Shown piece after piece: positions 23,132-36,413 of a DNA stretch of 54,963 nt. The translations under genes and the position numbers were made by a program. The DNA is from Phoronis australis. Taxonomy: Eukaryota > Animalia > Phoronida. The stretch covers positions 1 through 54,963 of the forward strand of contig NMRA01000443.1 in assembly GCA_002633005.1 (NCBI GenBank). Reading direction: 5' to 3'. The notes beneath the pieces were generated by a model. It made no database searches. It was not told the origin of the DNA and worked only from the letters and a program-made list of their open reading frames with translations. Each line of letters opens with the position of its first letter. The first letter of the stretch is position 1.

Positions 23132-26100
23132 CTGTACACAGTACACTCCGTACAAGGAGACAGGGTGTCAGTAGCGCTTTGATAGACATGGGTGAGCATT
23201 AAAAGTAGGCAAAACGTTAAAGCCTGTCCCGAAAGATTGACCAATGCTTACTGTAAACACTTCACTTAGTTTACAGAGGTCACAAAGCAAACGTAACATT
23301 CATAGCTATTCCAACGTACACCGTAACAAAATCCATCGCGACTCTACTAATTACATTCAATTAACTATTCAGACATTCAAGTGCGTTGATAAATTGTAAA
23401 TATTAAGTTAGTTCACAAAATAGAGCGCAACAATTTTCGTGTTGATTTGGCGTCATTTGCATGTATAGATTCCCAATCACTACTTCCCCAGATTTCATAC
23501 CATTGAAAAAAACACCAATGTTACACTGAAAATCATACCATGATTGTATCTATATATTCTGACACGTCGCCTTTGCTAAAAGCTGGCCAGGATTACTACA
23601 CGACTGCAGTCATTGACTCTTATTTCAAGCGCCAGTGGGCGATGGTGTTGAATAGGAAAACTAATATACATTTACATTTTGCCGTACGTTGATTTTATCT
23701 CCGTTGTTAGAATGAAAGTTTTAAGGCGCTGTTGTAATGAATGCGTTGACTCCCTTGGCTTCTTTCTGCTCTGTGGTTTTCTTTACTAATTCCTGGGTCT
23801 TTCTGAGGCACCGAGCTAAACGATCTTTTTGGTCTGGTTTTTGGTTTCATTAATGTATACTTTACTTTGTCAAATTCTGTAGTGTAACATTATTTGGCTA
23901 TGTATGTAGCTACCATGCGGCTCAGCCAGAGTTACTTATTTCCTTAAATCAGCTTTACTAATAACGTAGGCGCTATGTGAAAAGTACGTGTTATTCATTC
24001 ATAAAACTGATTCCTGAATGAACCTGACGTGCGTTCCGTTCACGCAGGAACCTTGCCAAAACGCAAGATCACGAAGATTTTGCCCTGTATTACTAGAGAA
24101 CCACATTTCTCGTGGTTATCGCATCTATGGAACTCAAACATGTTTTTTTTTTCAAAATATCGTTTAGATTTGCCGTAGTTATCGCCCCCCTAATTTCAGA
24201 TAAGGCAAAAGAGCTCATGACTGAGTTCCAGCAAAGTATTCCACAGGGAAAATTTTTATCTTTTAAATTATGTTAAAACACGGTGCAAAAGAGTAGCTGT
24301 TGTCGCGAACTGTAAGAATATGCCCAGTATTTAAGATAAAAGAGATATTTTATGCACTTGGGTGGTATAATGATAACCGCCATAATTGGTTAATACTAAG
24401 CAACATTGGTTCGGTACAACGATGTATCTTAGGGGGGTACTCCTATAGAAGAGCGGGATATGTCACTAAATTAGATGTGTGGCCTGACCACCAGATTCTC
24501 GAAAAATTGTTCTTTTCCGTCTCTGATTCAATTACCCAGCAGAAGGTTCCTTTCTAAATTCTACAAAAACGTTCATTTTCACCTAATTATCTCTATGGCG
24601 TCTAAGTTAGTTCAGACTTAGTGGGTTAAAAAGACAGTTGTCCAAGAATCTGTACTAACGGTTGAAGTTTAGTTATGGAGTTACTCCCAACAAAAGGACA
24701 GTGCTTCGGGAACAAAACTTTACGAAAAGGTGACTTTCTTATGGAGGCTGTCTACAAATGGTCTTTTCTATTGAGAGTTGGTATCCCAACTTACCAGCTG
24801 CACGCACCGACAACAATGTTGTTGACTGAGTGTCGCGCCCCAGGGATGCAGTGAGGAAAGGTGTTCCCTTTTCATTTGTGACTTCATAAAGATATTATTG
24901 ATGCGTTTATAACTATCTGATATTAGAAACTAGGACGAGCAGCCAAACGACGTGTGAACGATATCGGAGTGCAGTGCAAACAACATGCTGCATATTGGAC
25001 CGATTATTACATTAATCAAAAGTGAGAACAGTCACTCGGCCTTCTAATCGCATCGTAACACGGATACAAGAACCATTGCGATATCATATCCCACTGTGCA
25101 TTATCCGCTGTGTGAACATGCCCCTTCTGAAATCGCACGGCACCACTCTCATTCTAAGGTATATTTACCTAAAATGCAGCACATTATGTCAAGCACTTGT
25201 TCTGCTTTTTCACGTGTAAATGTATTAGTGAAAAGTCATATCATACTTATTGCATAATTCATCATTGTGATGTAGACTAACTTGTAATAGTGTGTACTTG
25301 CTATCCTGGTACCAAGAAGGCAAATATGCAGCGCTGGATGAGCAGCGTTTTCTTTTCTTGTAAGTAAATTGAGGAGTGTCTGGGCTCTTGAAAAGTAGGT
25401 CAACCGTGTGGTGCGTTTTCTTTTTCCGTGAAAGAAGATAATCCCATTTTTGAAGACGCGCCAAATTTGGTATTTACTCCAGCATTTTTAAATACAATGC
25501 ATTTTTTGATCTCTTAGCAGAAGTGACTGCAGAAAGAGTTAAGTCCGAAAAAAAGTTTTGTGAGCATAACCGATCACGATATACAAATGGATGATAATGG
25601 AAATTCTTTGAATGCCGTGTCCCTTGTGCTGTATTTCTAAGCCCATATGTAAAGTGTTGGGCTGTTTTTCATTTTTAGACACACTAGCTTTAAATAGAAC
25701 TCGCTACTACTGAAAGTAATCACCCATGAACGCATACATACATTAGTGAGTTTCACAGTTGATTATTAAATCAATTATATGAAAGATTGATTCTGTTTGA
25801 ACGAAACAAACAAAATGGATAAAGCGAGGACGAGTGCCTTTATCCCCTGAAATTGATTTCTACCCTCACCGTTTGTTCTGAGCTCCTGCTATGACGTCAT
25901 CAATGCAAAACTCGCTTTGTCGTCAATGTAAACCTAAAAGGATTTTAACGGAACCTGTTGGAGCCACTTCTTCAGAAAGTAAGGACAACCCTTTTGACCG
26001 GAAGCAGCCATTGTTTTTCATGCGCAGGTATGAATAACTTTATACTTGATATCATGTCACCGTGCGTTTCGCACAGATGTGTTGCATAGTGATGAGTGAA

Positions 26101-26471
26101 AGTTTGGATTATTTTTCGGAAAAGGGTCACTCGACGACAGAATTATGTCTTTCAATCGAAACAAAACACCCATGCGCAACGTAATATCAATACTTTGTTG
26201 GTCTCAGTATGTTTGATGTTCACTGGAAATAAAAACAGATGAACAGGAAAGCATTAAAGAGAATATGCTTCTTATATGCCGAGTGCTCCCACGTAGGCCT
26301 GCAGTTTGAGGTTGTCATTCTGTACCTTTTTTCAGAACAAAGCTCTACGAAGACCAATAGTTACGAAATGTACAACTTGCATAAAACTTTCTTTCATGAA
26401 ATGTTGATGGTTGGAGTATACCGAGAAGTCTCTACAGTGACAGAAATTAATATTCTTAACTAAATAATAGA

Positions 26472-26561
26472 AATAATGATAGTCATAATCATAATAATAT
26501 TAATAATGATAATGATAATGATAATAGTAATAGTAATAGTAATAATAATGATGATGATAAT
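26472..26561. repeat. (ATA/ATG/GTA)n trinucleotide low-complexity tract
   Basis: Direct inspection; it produces the poly-Y/H and poly-I/M ORF tails. Confidence 0.9.
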
Positions 26562-26580
26562 ACATTTTGTTTTCACTCAC

Positions 26581-27285
26581 CTGCTTCCTTTTATGTGCCA
26601 CTTTTCTCTTAAAAATATTAATCGCCGGCAAGACAGCTGGCGGCAAAGTCTCAACCCTTTCTAATCGCGGAGATTTTTTCGTTATGATTGCAGGCAGAAT
26701 AGGATGGTTGCTAGAAGACTGCGAGTATTTCTTTTTTACTTCTCTCGTTTTCTTTACACCGATGTCGTCCTTCGTTGCAATCCCGTTGCCAATGCCAACT
26801 TCATCTCGTTTCGCATTTACCTTAATATTTTCTGCTAAGGGAATCTCAACAGCAATGCTCGTTTTATGGTTGGCAGTGTTAATACTCCCATCGCCGTGGA
26901 TAAGAGTCTTGATTTTTTTCGACTGAGCAAATATTTCATATTTTTGCTTAAATTTCTCATATTTTCGGGAACTTGACAAGTGACTACACTTTTCAGGGGA
27001 ACTGCGAAGATGAAGTGAATTCCCATTACTTTTTACGCGATGTTTTCTCAATCTGTGCTTTCCAAAATTCATAGATGAGCCCGTGCGTCTTTCAGCCTGT
27101 GATGCTCCAGGTACAATTTTTTCTCGCCAGCGCGAACTACATCGATATTGCATCAACTGTTGTCGTTTGCGAATTGATGCTCCGTTTGCATTTTTGTAAC
27201 CGTTGTACACTTCTTCTCTCAGCACGTTCCTCAGCTTTTCACCCTTTCCTACAGTAGAAATATTCTTCAGGCTGACAGGGGCCAT
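26581..27285 (-). CDS. Large basic (K/R/S-rich) coding exon of unknown function; possibly exon 1 of the CNBD2-like gene
   Basis: 235 open codons from ATG 27285 (MAPVSLK...) in AT-rich DNA, ending at a consensus donor CAG|gtgagt in phase 0. No recognisable domain. Confidence 0.6.
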
Positions 27286-28727
27286 GTGAACATTTGCCAG
27301 TTTTACCTGACCACAATCAATTCTCAGGAAATCTATGTTCAACAAACAACATTTGGTCGTCGCGCAAACTCCATATCACAGTTTTAGCCCAGCGGTTTGC
27401 CTTTCATCTTTTGTTCCTGACTATGTTGAGGCGTTCACATAAAAATAAAAATTTCGCATAATGCGATTCAAAGCACATGTCGTTTTCCTTAGCATATAAA
27501 ATCGATTCAGCGTCTATATTCCATTCATAGTAATTCGACAATGAAATTTAATTCAACTGAAGTTTCCTTGTTTGTATAAATCGCAAAAGTCGATGTACCC
27601 TGCTTAAAGGTGTCTCGAACACTTCCATTCCGCGATTGAAACCTGTAATAAAGTATAGCAGTCGAGCGAATCTCCTTTTGTGTCGTTATCGGTTAGCAAT
27701 CCTCCAGATATCATACACTTGTTGAATAGTGAATACTTTTACATGCCCCAGGTGAAATAGAGATCTTCTTAACGTCCTGTTGTTGTATCACGCAGACACA
27801 ATTTTGTGACGAACTGAAAACAACGGTATAACAACCTCGCACTCTTGTGTTACACACACTTTTGGCCCCGGCCAACTTAGGTGAATACTGAGCACGTTCT
27901 GCTATGGGGTTAAATTGAAGTTCAGATATTTAAATCTCTTGTCGATCGAAATGTCAATCAAGAGATATCGCCGTTCGACACGAATTTCGTCGGAGTACCG
28001 TGTTGTCTTATAGTATCTATGTTATAACTTAGTTACGCCATCCAAGTGAAACCCCTCATTGACATAGTATGAAGTGTTTGCAAATAAGTCGTGTAAATAA
28101 TCTAGATATCAAACGCTATCATGACCCATTCAGGCGGCTAAGCTAGTTGGACAATTTTCGAACTCGGAATTGGCCAAGTTATTCAGGCCCTTATACGAAA
28201 CGGGGGAGTTGCACGTGCCTCCAATAACGTGCACTGAAGCGACAGGGACTGTGAACCGGGGCGACAGGTATGGGGCAGTCGAGAAAGGAAAGACCCAGTA
28301 AAACATGTAAGAAATTTTAAGAGAACATATGTCGACTAACTGAGAGTCGGATTTACTCGTGAAATACGCTTTAGGGCCCATGGCGGTGACTAAATTCACT
28401 AGAGAACACATACTTCGAAATATTAGAGATAACGTGTAATGCACGGACCTCCAACATCAAATCGATTCAGATTCTTCAAGAAGTATTTCTACAGCAATCC
28501 CTCTCTGTAAGGGGATAACTTTACAATCATTGTCGCCCGAAGGGTGTCCGGTGGTGACATCTATGGCCACTTTTCCTGTTTTCATTTACATCATCTTTTC
28601 TCAAGCGGCGCATGCGCAATCTATTGTCTCACTTTACAAGTTTTTGTGAAATAGTACAGCATATTATGTTCAGGAAGATTAGCTCTTGATGGACTTAGCT
28701 GTCACTCTCTCTTTTCCAGTTTCTTAT

Positions 28728-28832
28728 TGATTTAGCCGTTCATATTAGGGGTTCCCCTTTCATGATTTAGCCGTTCATATTAGGGGTTCCCCTTTCATGA
28801 TTTAGCCGTTCATATTAGGGGTTCCCCTTTCA
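28728..28832. repeat. 35-bp tandem repeat x3
   Basis: Three copies of tgatttagccgttcatattaggggttcccctttca. Confidence 0.95.
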
Positions 28833-30494
28833 AACGGAATTGTTTTTAGAAGGGCGGCCTGGGTATTGCCCCTTCCCCCTATAAACAAGGCACTGTCAAC
28901 TATTCAGGAGGCAAGTACCAAAGATGCAATTTCAAATTACTCAACAAATACAAAGCATATTCATAAGAAGGACAGCAGGACAAAGACTGAGACTGCATAA
29001 AGACAATGTCATTGAAAGCCATCAAACTTTGAAAAGAATTTCATGACTACCAATTGTGAACTACATAAGGCCAATATTTTTGATGATTTTGTAACGATAA
29101 AAATGCTTAAACGTGTTCCCAAAGAATTTCATGAATAGTGTTTCATTTGGCGATCCCAGGTACACTGCACCTGTTGGCCAAACCTGCAATTTTTTGACGA
29201 CCAAACACGGCAAACTCTGAGCTTAACCCCGAAACAAAATCATTGTATATTGAGCGAATGGTTAACGGTCCTTCTCAAAATTTTAATAGGTCTCAAATCG
29301 ACCGTGAAACACTCCACCTTGAAAATGCCAATTTATGGCCTGTTGATTGCAAGCAGGTAAGTTCAAGATATAATTGCCACCCCATTAACATGATACCAAT
29401 ATTTTTACCATTTTCGACAATGTCCATGTTACTGTCGAAAAATGTTCTGAACAGTACCGGTTTAACTGTGGGTTCAACAAGTATTCGAGGTTTAGACTGT
29501 AGGCTGTGGAATCTTGAATACAATTAATTCGATTTCTTGTGTTAGACATACAGAATATAGTTACAGCTATGCAGTCATGTTTTGATTTATAGGCGTGTTC
29601 TATCTGAAATAGCAGTCCCGAGGTGATCCCAACCAGCCCACAGACGGATCCTAGGAGATGTCATGGACGTTTTTTGCACTATTATTGGGAATGGCAAATT
29701 AATGCTATATTTGATTTTGGATTTTCTCACGCAGGCCGACTCTGGTCCAAGTTTGTCAGATAACCGCGCCTGGAGTTGAATTGTTATTTTGTTGTACTTT
29801 CAAATAACTGATTACAAAATCTGCAGACACTGGGTGCCAGGCTTTGCATCAATTGGAAAGTAGATTTTGATGTAGTAGAGACGATTTTTTCTCAGAGTCA
29901 AATTTTGCCGACGGAAATATTCACCTCCGTGGGAAGATTTTCCATCATTTTTAGGCTCATAAGAATTTTACTGTTTGTAACGCTAGATAAATAATATTCA
30001 TGTATTCAAAATCCATATAAACTCACATACTTATTGGAATCTTAAGATTAATTTTGTGAGAACCTTGATAAACTAGTGCAGTCTTACTTCACTCCGATGA
30101 CAACGTTATTTTTAACATTTTCTGGCCCTTGGCAATCCATTGCTACTATTAGCAACCGTCCCAGTGACTAAGGTTCCGTTTGGCCACCGCGCATGACCTA
30201 TAGATGTACGGTGTCCAGCCTTTGTGGTCCTAGAGTTTGTAGGGCTCCCGTGAGTCAGGAATCTGGTCATAGTCGATGGTTCAAATTACTTTTACGAAAT
30301 CTTTCCATCACGAGATTCAATGACAAGACCCTTTGTGAAACCTTGACGACCGGATTACATGTTGGGAGATTGTATTCATTCTCCTCGACTTGAACACTCA
30401 GTAGGTTGAAACGTTTCGAGCGTACGAGAGATCAGTTTCTCTGGACTCTTTGGTCTTCCCCGATGGATGGTCTTCATGAAAGACGTTCACTAAG

Positions 30495-30742
30495 CATGCG
30501 CGTACCGAGGGCTGGGGGCTCGTGGGGCTTGAACGAGACACCCCATTTGGCGAAATGGACAAAAAGGTCCGCTTCGGAGAAACAGAACCCCGGAAAAAAG
30601 TAGAAAACGAGACAAAACTCCACTAAAAAGGCAAGAACAACCAAAATTCATAGCTCTGAATGTACCCCGTGAATCTTAGTAAAAGGTTTACATTCTCAAA
30701 AATTCCACTACCCCCCCCGTTTTTAAGCTGGGTGAGGGCATG
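30495..30742. mobile_element. Diverged MITE of the 11920 family
   Basis: catgcgcgtaccgag ... ctgggtgagggcatg ends; shared internal ccccatttggcgaa-tggacaaaaaggtc. Confidence 0.85.
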
Positions 30743-31950
30743 CTTAGGGGAACATGCCACGGGACTTGCCCGTCACGTTGTCACGACAAATCTGCGTGCA
30801 CACAGAATTGAACTCTCGACTGCCTTGCGATTCGTTGCTCTTCAGAATACAGGTCGGCCACCAGTGATTTTATTCTGCGTATTGTTCTCGTCGACAATCA
30901 CGTGCATGGCTGGTGCGAGATCGGTACTGTTTCATCTTTTGAGTAAATGTGTTGAGTTCTCAGAACATCTGTCGTTTTGGTGCAGATGCTGTTATCAGTA
31001 GTCAGCCTACACTACAGACTACGCAAAATGTCAGTGTAAATGTATGGAGCGTTATTTACCGGGAAAGAAGGAACATGTAAGCAACTTGCAACGTATTTAC
31101 TGCCACAGCACGGCAAAATGTAGCGCAGATAAGACAAGAAACAGAAAAGAGAACAGCGTATGTGAGAAGACAAGCAAATAACCGCAGCGCTTTCTATCGT
31201 GTGAATATAAAATCGTCACCATAGACTCTATTCACGCGGCGGACATTAAAATCCAAAGCGAGGCTCACTGCGATAAACAAAGCGAAAGTAGACATTGCGT
31301 GAGTTAAATAGCCGGTCTTTCGAGTCCAACCTGGATATTGAATTTTAATATTGTGTCAACAATTAAACCACACAGACGTAGAAAATTACATTAGATAACA
31401 TGTTAAGGCGTCAAAGACTTGTCTGACGAAAGGGTTTAATTTTTTTCNCACCCCCCCCCCTGTTTTTAAGCTGGGTGAGGGCATGCTTAGGGGAACATGC
31501 CACGGGACTTGCCCGTCACGTTGTCACGACAAATCTGCGTGCACACAGAATTGAACTCCCGACTGCCTTGCGATTCGTTACTCTTCAGGATACAGGTCGG
31601 CCACCAGTGGTTTTATTCTGCGTATTGTTCTTGTCGACAATCACGTGCGTGGCTGGTGCGAGATCGGTACTGTTTCATCTTATGAGTAAATGTGTTGAGT
31701 TCTCAGAACATCTGTCGTTTTGGTGCAGATGCTGTTATCAGTAGTCAGCCTACACTACAGACTACGCAAAATGTATGGAGCGTTATTTACCGGGAAAGAA
31801 GGAACATGTAAGCAACTTGCAACGTATTTACTGCCACAGCACGGCAAAATGTAGCGCAGATAAGACAAGAAACAGAAAAGAGAACAGCGTATGTGAGAGG
31901 ACAAGCAAATAACCGCAGCGCTATCTATCGTGTGAATATAAAATCGTCAC
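30711..31950 (+). repeat. Local direct duplication of ~500 bp (30711-31219 and 31451-31950), with a third diverged partial copy to ~32453
   Basis: Near-identical sequence and ORF translations; a single n at 31448 precedes copy 2. Confidence 0.95.
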
Positions 31951-33185
31951 TATATGATGCTGTCTATGGAGTGTTTCGTCTCATGGATGAAATTCGCCGA
32001 GTCCCTCGAGAAATCTGTCGTCTTGGTGCGGATGTTCTGAGATCAGTAACGCCAAGACCTACGTTAGGACCTCGCTGAAAATCAAGATTTCGCGAGATTG
32101 CGTGAGATTGCCGTACATTTTCAATGGTTTTGGCTAGATTTTTCTAGCCTCGAGACAGCTAGGCCTACTTAACTCTACCCCGTTCTCGATAGTCTGCGAA
32201 CATTACAGACGCTAAATGTCAACGGTTTCTATCGGGAAAGAAAAAATACGTCGAAAAAGGTCACAAAAATTTGCCAAAAACTGCCAGTAGATTTTCGAGT
32301 AGTATCTTTCCGAAAACGTAAGTTTCACGACGTTTGTTAGCAACTTTCAACGTGGTTGGCCACAGAACGTAGAACAGAGGGTAGAACAGGGTATGTGCTA
32401 GGACAAGCAAATAACCATAGCGCTATCTATTGCGTGAATATAAAACCTTCACCATGCAAAGCCGGCAGCACATACCGGTAAGCAATGATTTTTTGAAATA
32501 CTCATATCTCAACAGCGAATCTGCGAGATTGTTTTAATTGCAATGCTAAAATGTAAATATGCAAGTACGACCTGCACTGGGGCTATTCAACAATCTTTAC
32601 ATTACTAGAGGGCGTGCGTGTACTAGTGATGACAAATTAAGCAGCCTCGATTTCGCGAGCCCTTTAAGTACGTGGTGAAATAGCTTGCAGCCGGGCTAAA
32701 TGAATCTGAGATTGTGTGAAAAGGGTGCTTCTACGTGGGGAAGTAAGCATGACTTTATACAAAGGTAAGGTTTGTGATTATTTTAACGATTATTCCATGT
32801 TTACAATACCGATACCTGTTAATTTAGGTACTGGCCCATCATAGTGTCGATTTCCCGGGAGTCGCCAGTCGGTTAATCCAATTGTGATGACTGATGTGTG
32901 TTACGATACTTGACATAGCACTCGGGATCTTTTCGTATATCAAAGCAGTATTATTAATGTTTGGAATGATTTCTAACAGGTTTATCAGTGACAGTTACAT
33001 CAACCAATGCTGAATGGTTATGCTGTCAACTCGATATTTGTTAGTGAGGTAAGACTACAATCCAATCCCAAAGGGTACGTGACATAGACTATTTGTTTAG
33101 TCCCTATCATAGGTCCTCTGGAAATATATTACACGTTGACATGGAAATATGTCATGTCTGTTTTCACTTAACTTTTGGCTTTTAG

Positions 33186-34700
33186 GTTTGAGGGCTAGTA
33201 CCGTGAAGAAGAGATATGCTTCGCTGCTGCAACCGTCCCAGAATGGACAAAAATTGGTTTTAAGCAGCTGACTGCAGTTAGCTAACCAGCAAGATCTCCC
33301 TATCTAGTGCAGATTTGCTGTCAAAGCCTACTTTCTATATCGGAGCCAGAGAACAAAGCCTTTGAAAAGGGACAGCTATTTTTAAAGAAAGGTATACAAG
33401 TTGTTTTGTTAATTTACTTATTCAGATCCTTAGCGGCAGGTTGGCATAGGGGGTTGGGATTTTAAAATTTGGTGCAACTTAATGTCCTGAAATAACGGGG
33501 AAAGAGCATGGTGAGGTAATTCTTAACCTTCATGAAGTTCTTTCACGTTTCATGAAACTGTTTTGCTATCCACTGTAAACCCCTGAAATATATATTACAT
33601 GCTCTGAATTCTCATGCCTTGAAATGTTGCAAGTCGTTTATAAATTCATATGACTGTCATTTTTGTGAAAATTGCATTCGAGTGAACTTACGAGTGAGGT
33701 CATATTTGAACATATTATTCTTACTGCCAATATGCAAACAATGGTGCCTTAGGACTTTTAATTACTTTAAAACAACTGAAAGATTATCCACCAGTTTTAA
33801 GTGACCCAAGTTTTCGTATCCTCTATTAGAAGAAAAATAAAAATCTGAGAAACGGTTCCCTCAGCCTTAGACCAGAAGTGTGTTTGAAAGACCCATGAAT
33901 CTGTAATCTGTGTTAATAATTGCTGAAAGTATCAAAAATCAAAAGGCTTGAACTGACATGAGTGACAGAGGTTTGAAGTTGTCTCAAATAACTTGCATAT
34001 TTTGCAGACAAGTGATGCGTTCACAGCATTGTTATGGCTAGGAATGAAAAATAAAGACACAGTTCTATACAAGCCAATACTTATATTATTAAAACCCTTG
34101 CTTTCTGGAAAGAGCAATTATTTAATTCTGTGTGAAATTGTAAAGCAGTTACCAGTTCATATTTTCGAAGAACAAGGGCAACATTTTTATTCATGTTTCA
34201 ATATTTGTTCCAGGTTCGGTGACATTTCAAGGCCACTTCAAGCCGCAACATAAACAAGCTTTGTTACTCCTTTCTGTTCCCACAGCATGTCGTCCACACA
34301 CCAGCAGTGCTGCATGGCACAATGTACAAGCCAGTGGCCCTGGACAAATCGCAGTACTATGATACCATATGAAAATGTGCCAGTGGATTGTTTATGAGTG
34401 AAGAGGAACTATATCTGACTGCTACACCAGCCAGCCTCATTGCTGAGGATGCCCTTTCCTAGGCAATGAGTATGTGAACAACAATGGCTTATTTCCTTTC
34501 CTGGAAGATACATGAGGGAATGAAGCTAAAGAAGACCTAGTAACACTCTGGTCTAGCTCAGGGTCAGATTGTGGGCACAAAGCGAGTCAAGTGATATGAT
34601 GTTGTGTTTACCTTCAAGGTTCTAATTGTGGACTTTATTAAGTTTGAATGAGGTTACATGAAGGAAAGCCACGTGCCGAAACTGGACCTTTTTACAAGCG
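33186..34700 (+). pseudogene. Decayed, intron-containing YqaJ/lambda-exonuclease-like (PD-(D/E)xK) gene of DNA-transposon type
   Basis: From the acceptor at 34213: RFGDI(fs)KATSSRNINKLC, LHGTMYKPVAL, SGLFMSEEELYLTATPASL, QGQIVGTKRVK*YDVVFT, HVPKLDLF. This matches the order of YqaJ motifs (ASxFG; WGxxxE; GL..LxASPDG; QxQGQ; PKL). Exon-like segments at 33186-33391 and 33426-33515; stops and frameshifts throughout. Confidence 0.75.
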
Positions 34701-35125
34701 CTTTTGTAGGCCATTGAAAGTCGATACCAGTGAAATGAAAACCAAAAGCATCTGATATAAATACCTGTCCTTTCTCACTGAGTGACATTAACTTTTCCTT
34801 TCAGAAGAAAGGTTTTATACTAATGGTAAAAACTTTTCAACTTAGTACGCATTATGCAGAAATGGCTTTCAGGTACTGCATCGATTGTCTTATTGTCAAT
34901 AAAAGCCCGTTAATGTTACACTTTGATGTTCGAATAAATTTTTCATCAACAGGTGAGTCTGTCACTTATTGTTCAAACCACAATATTTCTTCAGGTTTAA
35001 AGCCCCAGACAGTTTAGTTGTGTTGCTTCTTTATAAAACTGAAGTAATTACCGATTACGCTTGCGAATTGTCATTTTCCTGTTGACCTATGGAAATGTCC
35101 GGCGATCAAAACGAAATATTCCTTT

Positions 35126-35590
35126 TGATCGCATTTGATTTGTTTATTGGGGACAAATAAAACAACAAGAATAATAAATATTTTATGTTGTATTGGGAGT
35201 TTCAGGGTCACAGCTCTTCAAATAAATGTTTCACAGAAGGAACCAGATGGGTCCCTTAATTACAAGAGATAACGCACACATTTCCGATACTCAAAGTGTA
35301 ATTGAGTACCGGATACTAAGTGGCACAGATTAGCATAGTACCAAATGGGTACATAATACCAAATGGGTATTGGCCGATTGCCTACCAACTGGGTCGAGCA
35401 AAGCGCCAAATTCAATAACAAATACCAAATGGGTACAAACTGCCAAATGGGCTATAATAACCTGCAAAGCAGGTTCCGGACAAGCTGAGTGAGCAGACCA
35501 GCCGGAGTGATAAAAAAGAGATATTGTAAGGAACGTGGTGTTGTGGCTCAGTATGTGCCGAGAGATGTGATCGCATTTGATTTGTTTATT
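35126..35590. repeat. 419-bp segment bracketed by an exact 23-bp direct repeat
   Basis: tgatcgcatttgatttgtttatt at 35126-35148 and 35568-35590; interior has several taccaaatgggta motifs (~35339-35453). Confidence 0.85.
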
Positions 35591-35636
35591 TTTAGAGCTT
35601 TCTTAAGAAGGTCTTAAAACAGTTTTAAGTTTTGTG

Positions 35637-36413
35637 TCTGAGGTCCTAAAGTCATGAGTGCCCTAAAGTCGTGAACCATCTTATTTCCTCTTGTGCGCGG
35701 TCCCACGACATCTAGCATTGAAGTTTCCAGCGTTCGTCTGCTTACGAACGTCAAACGAGTACCCGGAAATGTTGACATTCACAATATGATAATAAGCAGT
35801 GAGTGAGTGACTTTTTCAAATGTATCTTAAAAACAGCATATTTCACTAATCCATTTTTTGTGCATTTTCAGAATATATTTTCGAAAATATACATCGCTCA
35901 GATTTCCTCAAACACGCGCTCCAGGGGTAGCTTGAACAATGTATCAAAATGTCCCGGTGTCGATCAACTTTTGTAAAGCCAAAGCAATAAAATACAGTGA
36001 GATTGAAGCTGGGTTCTTAACGTTTTACGTTAACGTCCTCATTGAAAACGTCTGCCGCATATCTGAATTGGGTGCAAAACACATAACTGAATTAATAAAA
36101 AAATGCAATGCATGTTTATATCGTTTAGAGTAACTGTAAGCACTGTAGTTGATTTGTGTGGCCTTACTTCGTGCATTTTCGTCTAAACGAAACGGTCACG
36201 ACTTTAGGGCCTCATTCAAAATGGCCGGCGATATGAGGGACAGCTTCAAAACTCTGCTTACGGAGAAAAACACGGGCTAAGACTAGAAAAACACGTATAT
36301 TTGTGAAGGCTGATAAATGTCCATGACATCACATGAGCAGTTGCTAACGGATATCGGGTAGTATGACAATCAGCTACGTTTTATGCTTATATTCACGACT
36401 TTAGGTCACCGGA
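35637..36413. mobile_element. Non-autonomous DNA transposon with repeated subterminal cctaaagtcgtga motifs
   Basis: Two cctaaagtc(a/g)tga motifs at the left and two inverted tcacgactttagg at ~36196 and ~36393. Confidence 0.7.

Noticed and set aside
25870-25933. Exon-like block with good splice sites and an in-frame TGA (selenocysteine or readthrough?)
   Set aside because: All three frames contain a stop, and there is no selenoprotein motif or SECIS evidence; more likely UTR, a terminal exon or chance.
26567-26926. Hydrophobic 119-aa plus-strand ORF resembling a membrane protein
   Set aside because: It is the antisense shadow of the Lys-rich minus-strand ORF (AAA codons read as TTT).
30660-31744. 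Pair of paralogous ORFs (113 and 89 aa)
   Set aside because: They arise from a duplicated non-coding repeat that begins inside a MITE; no domain or splice support.
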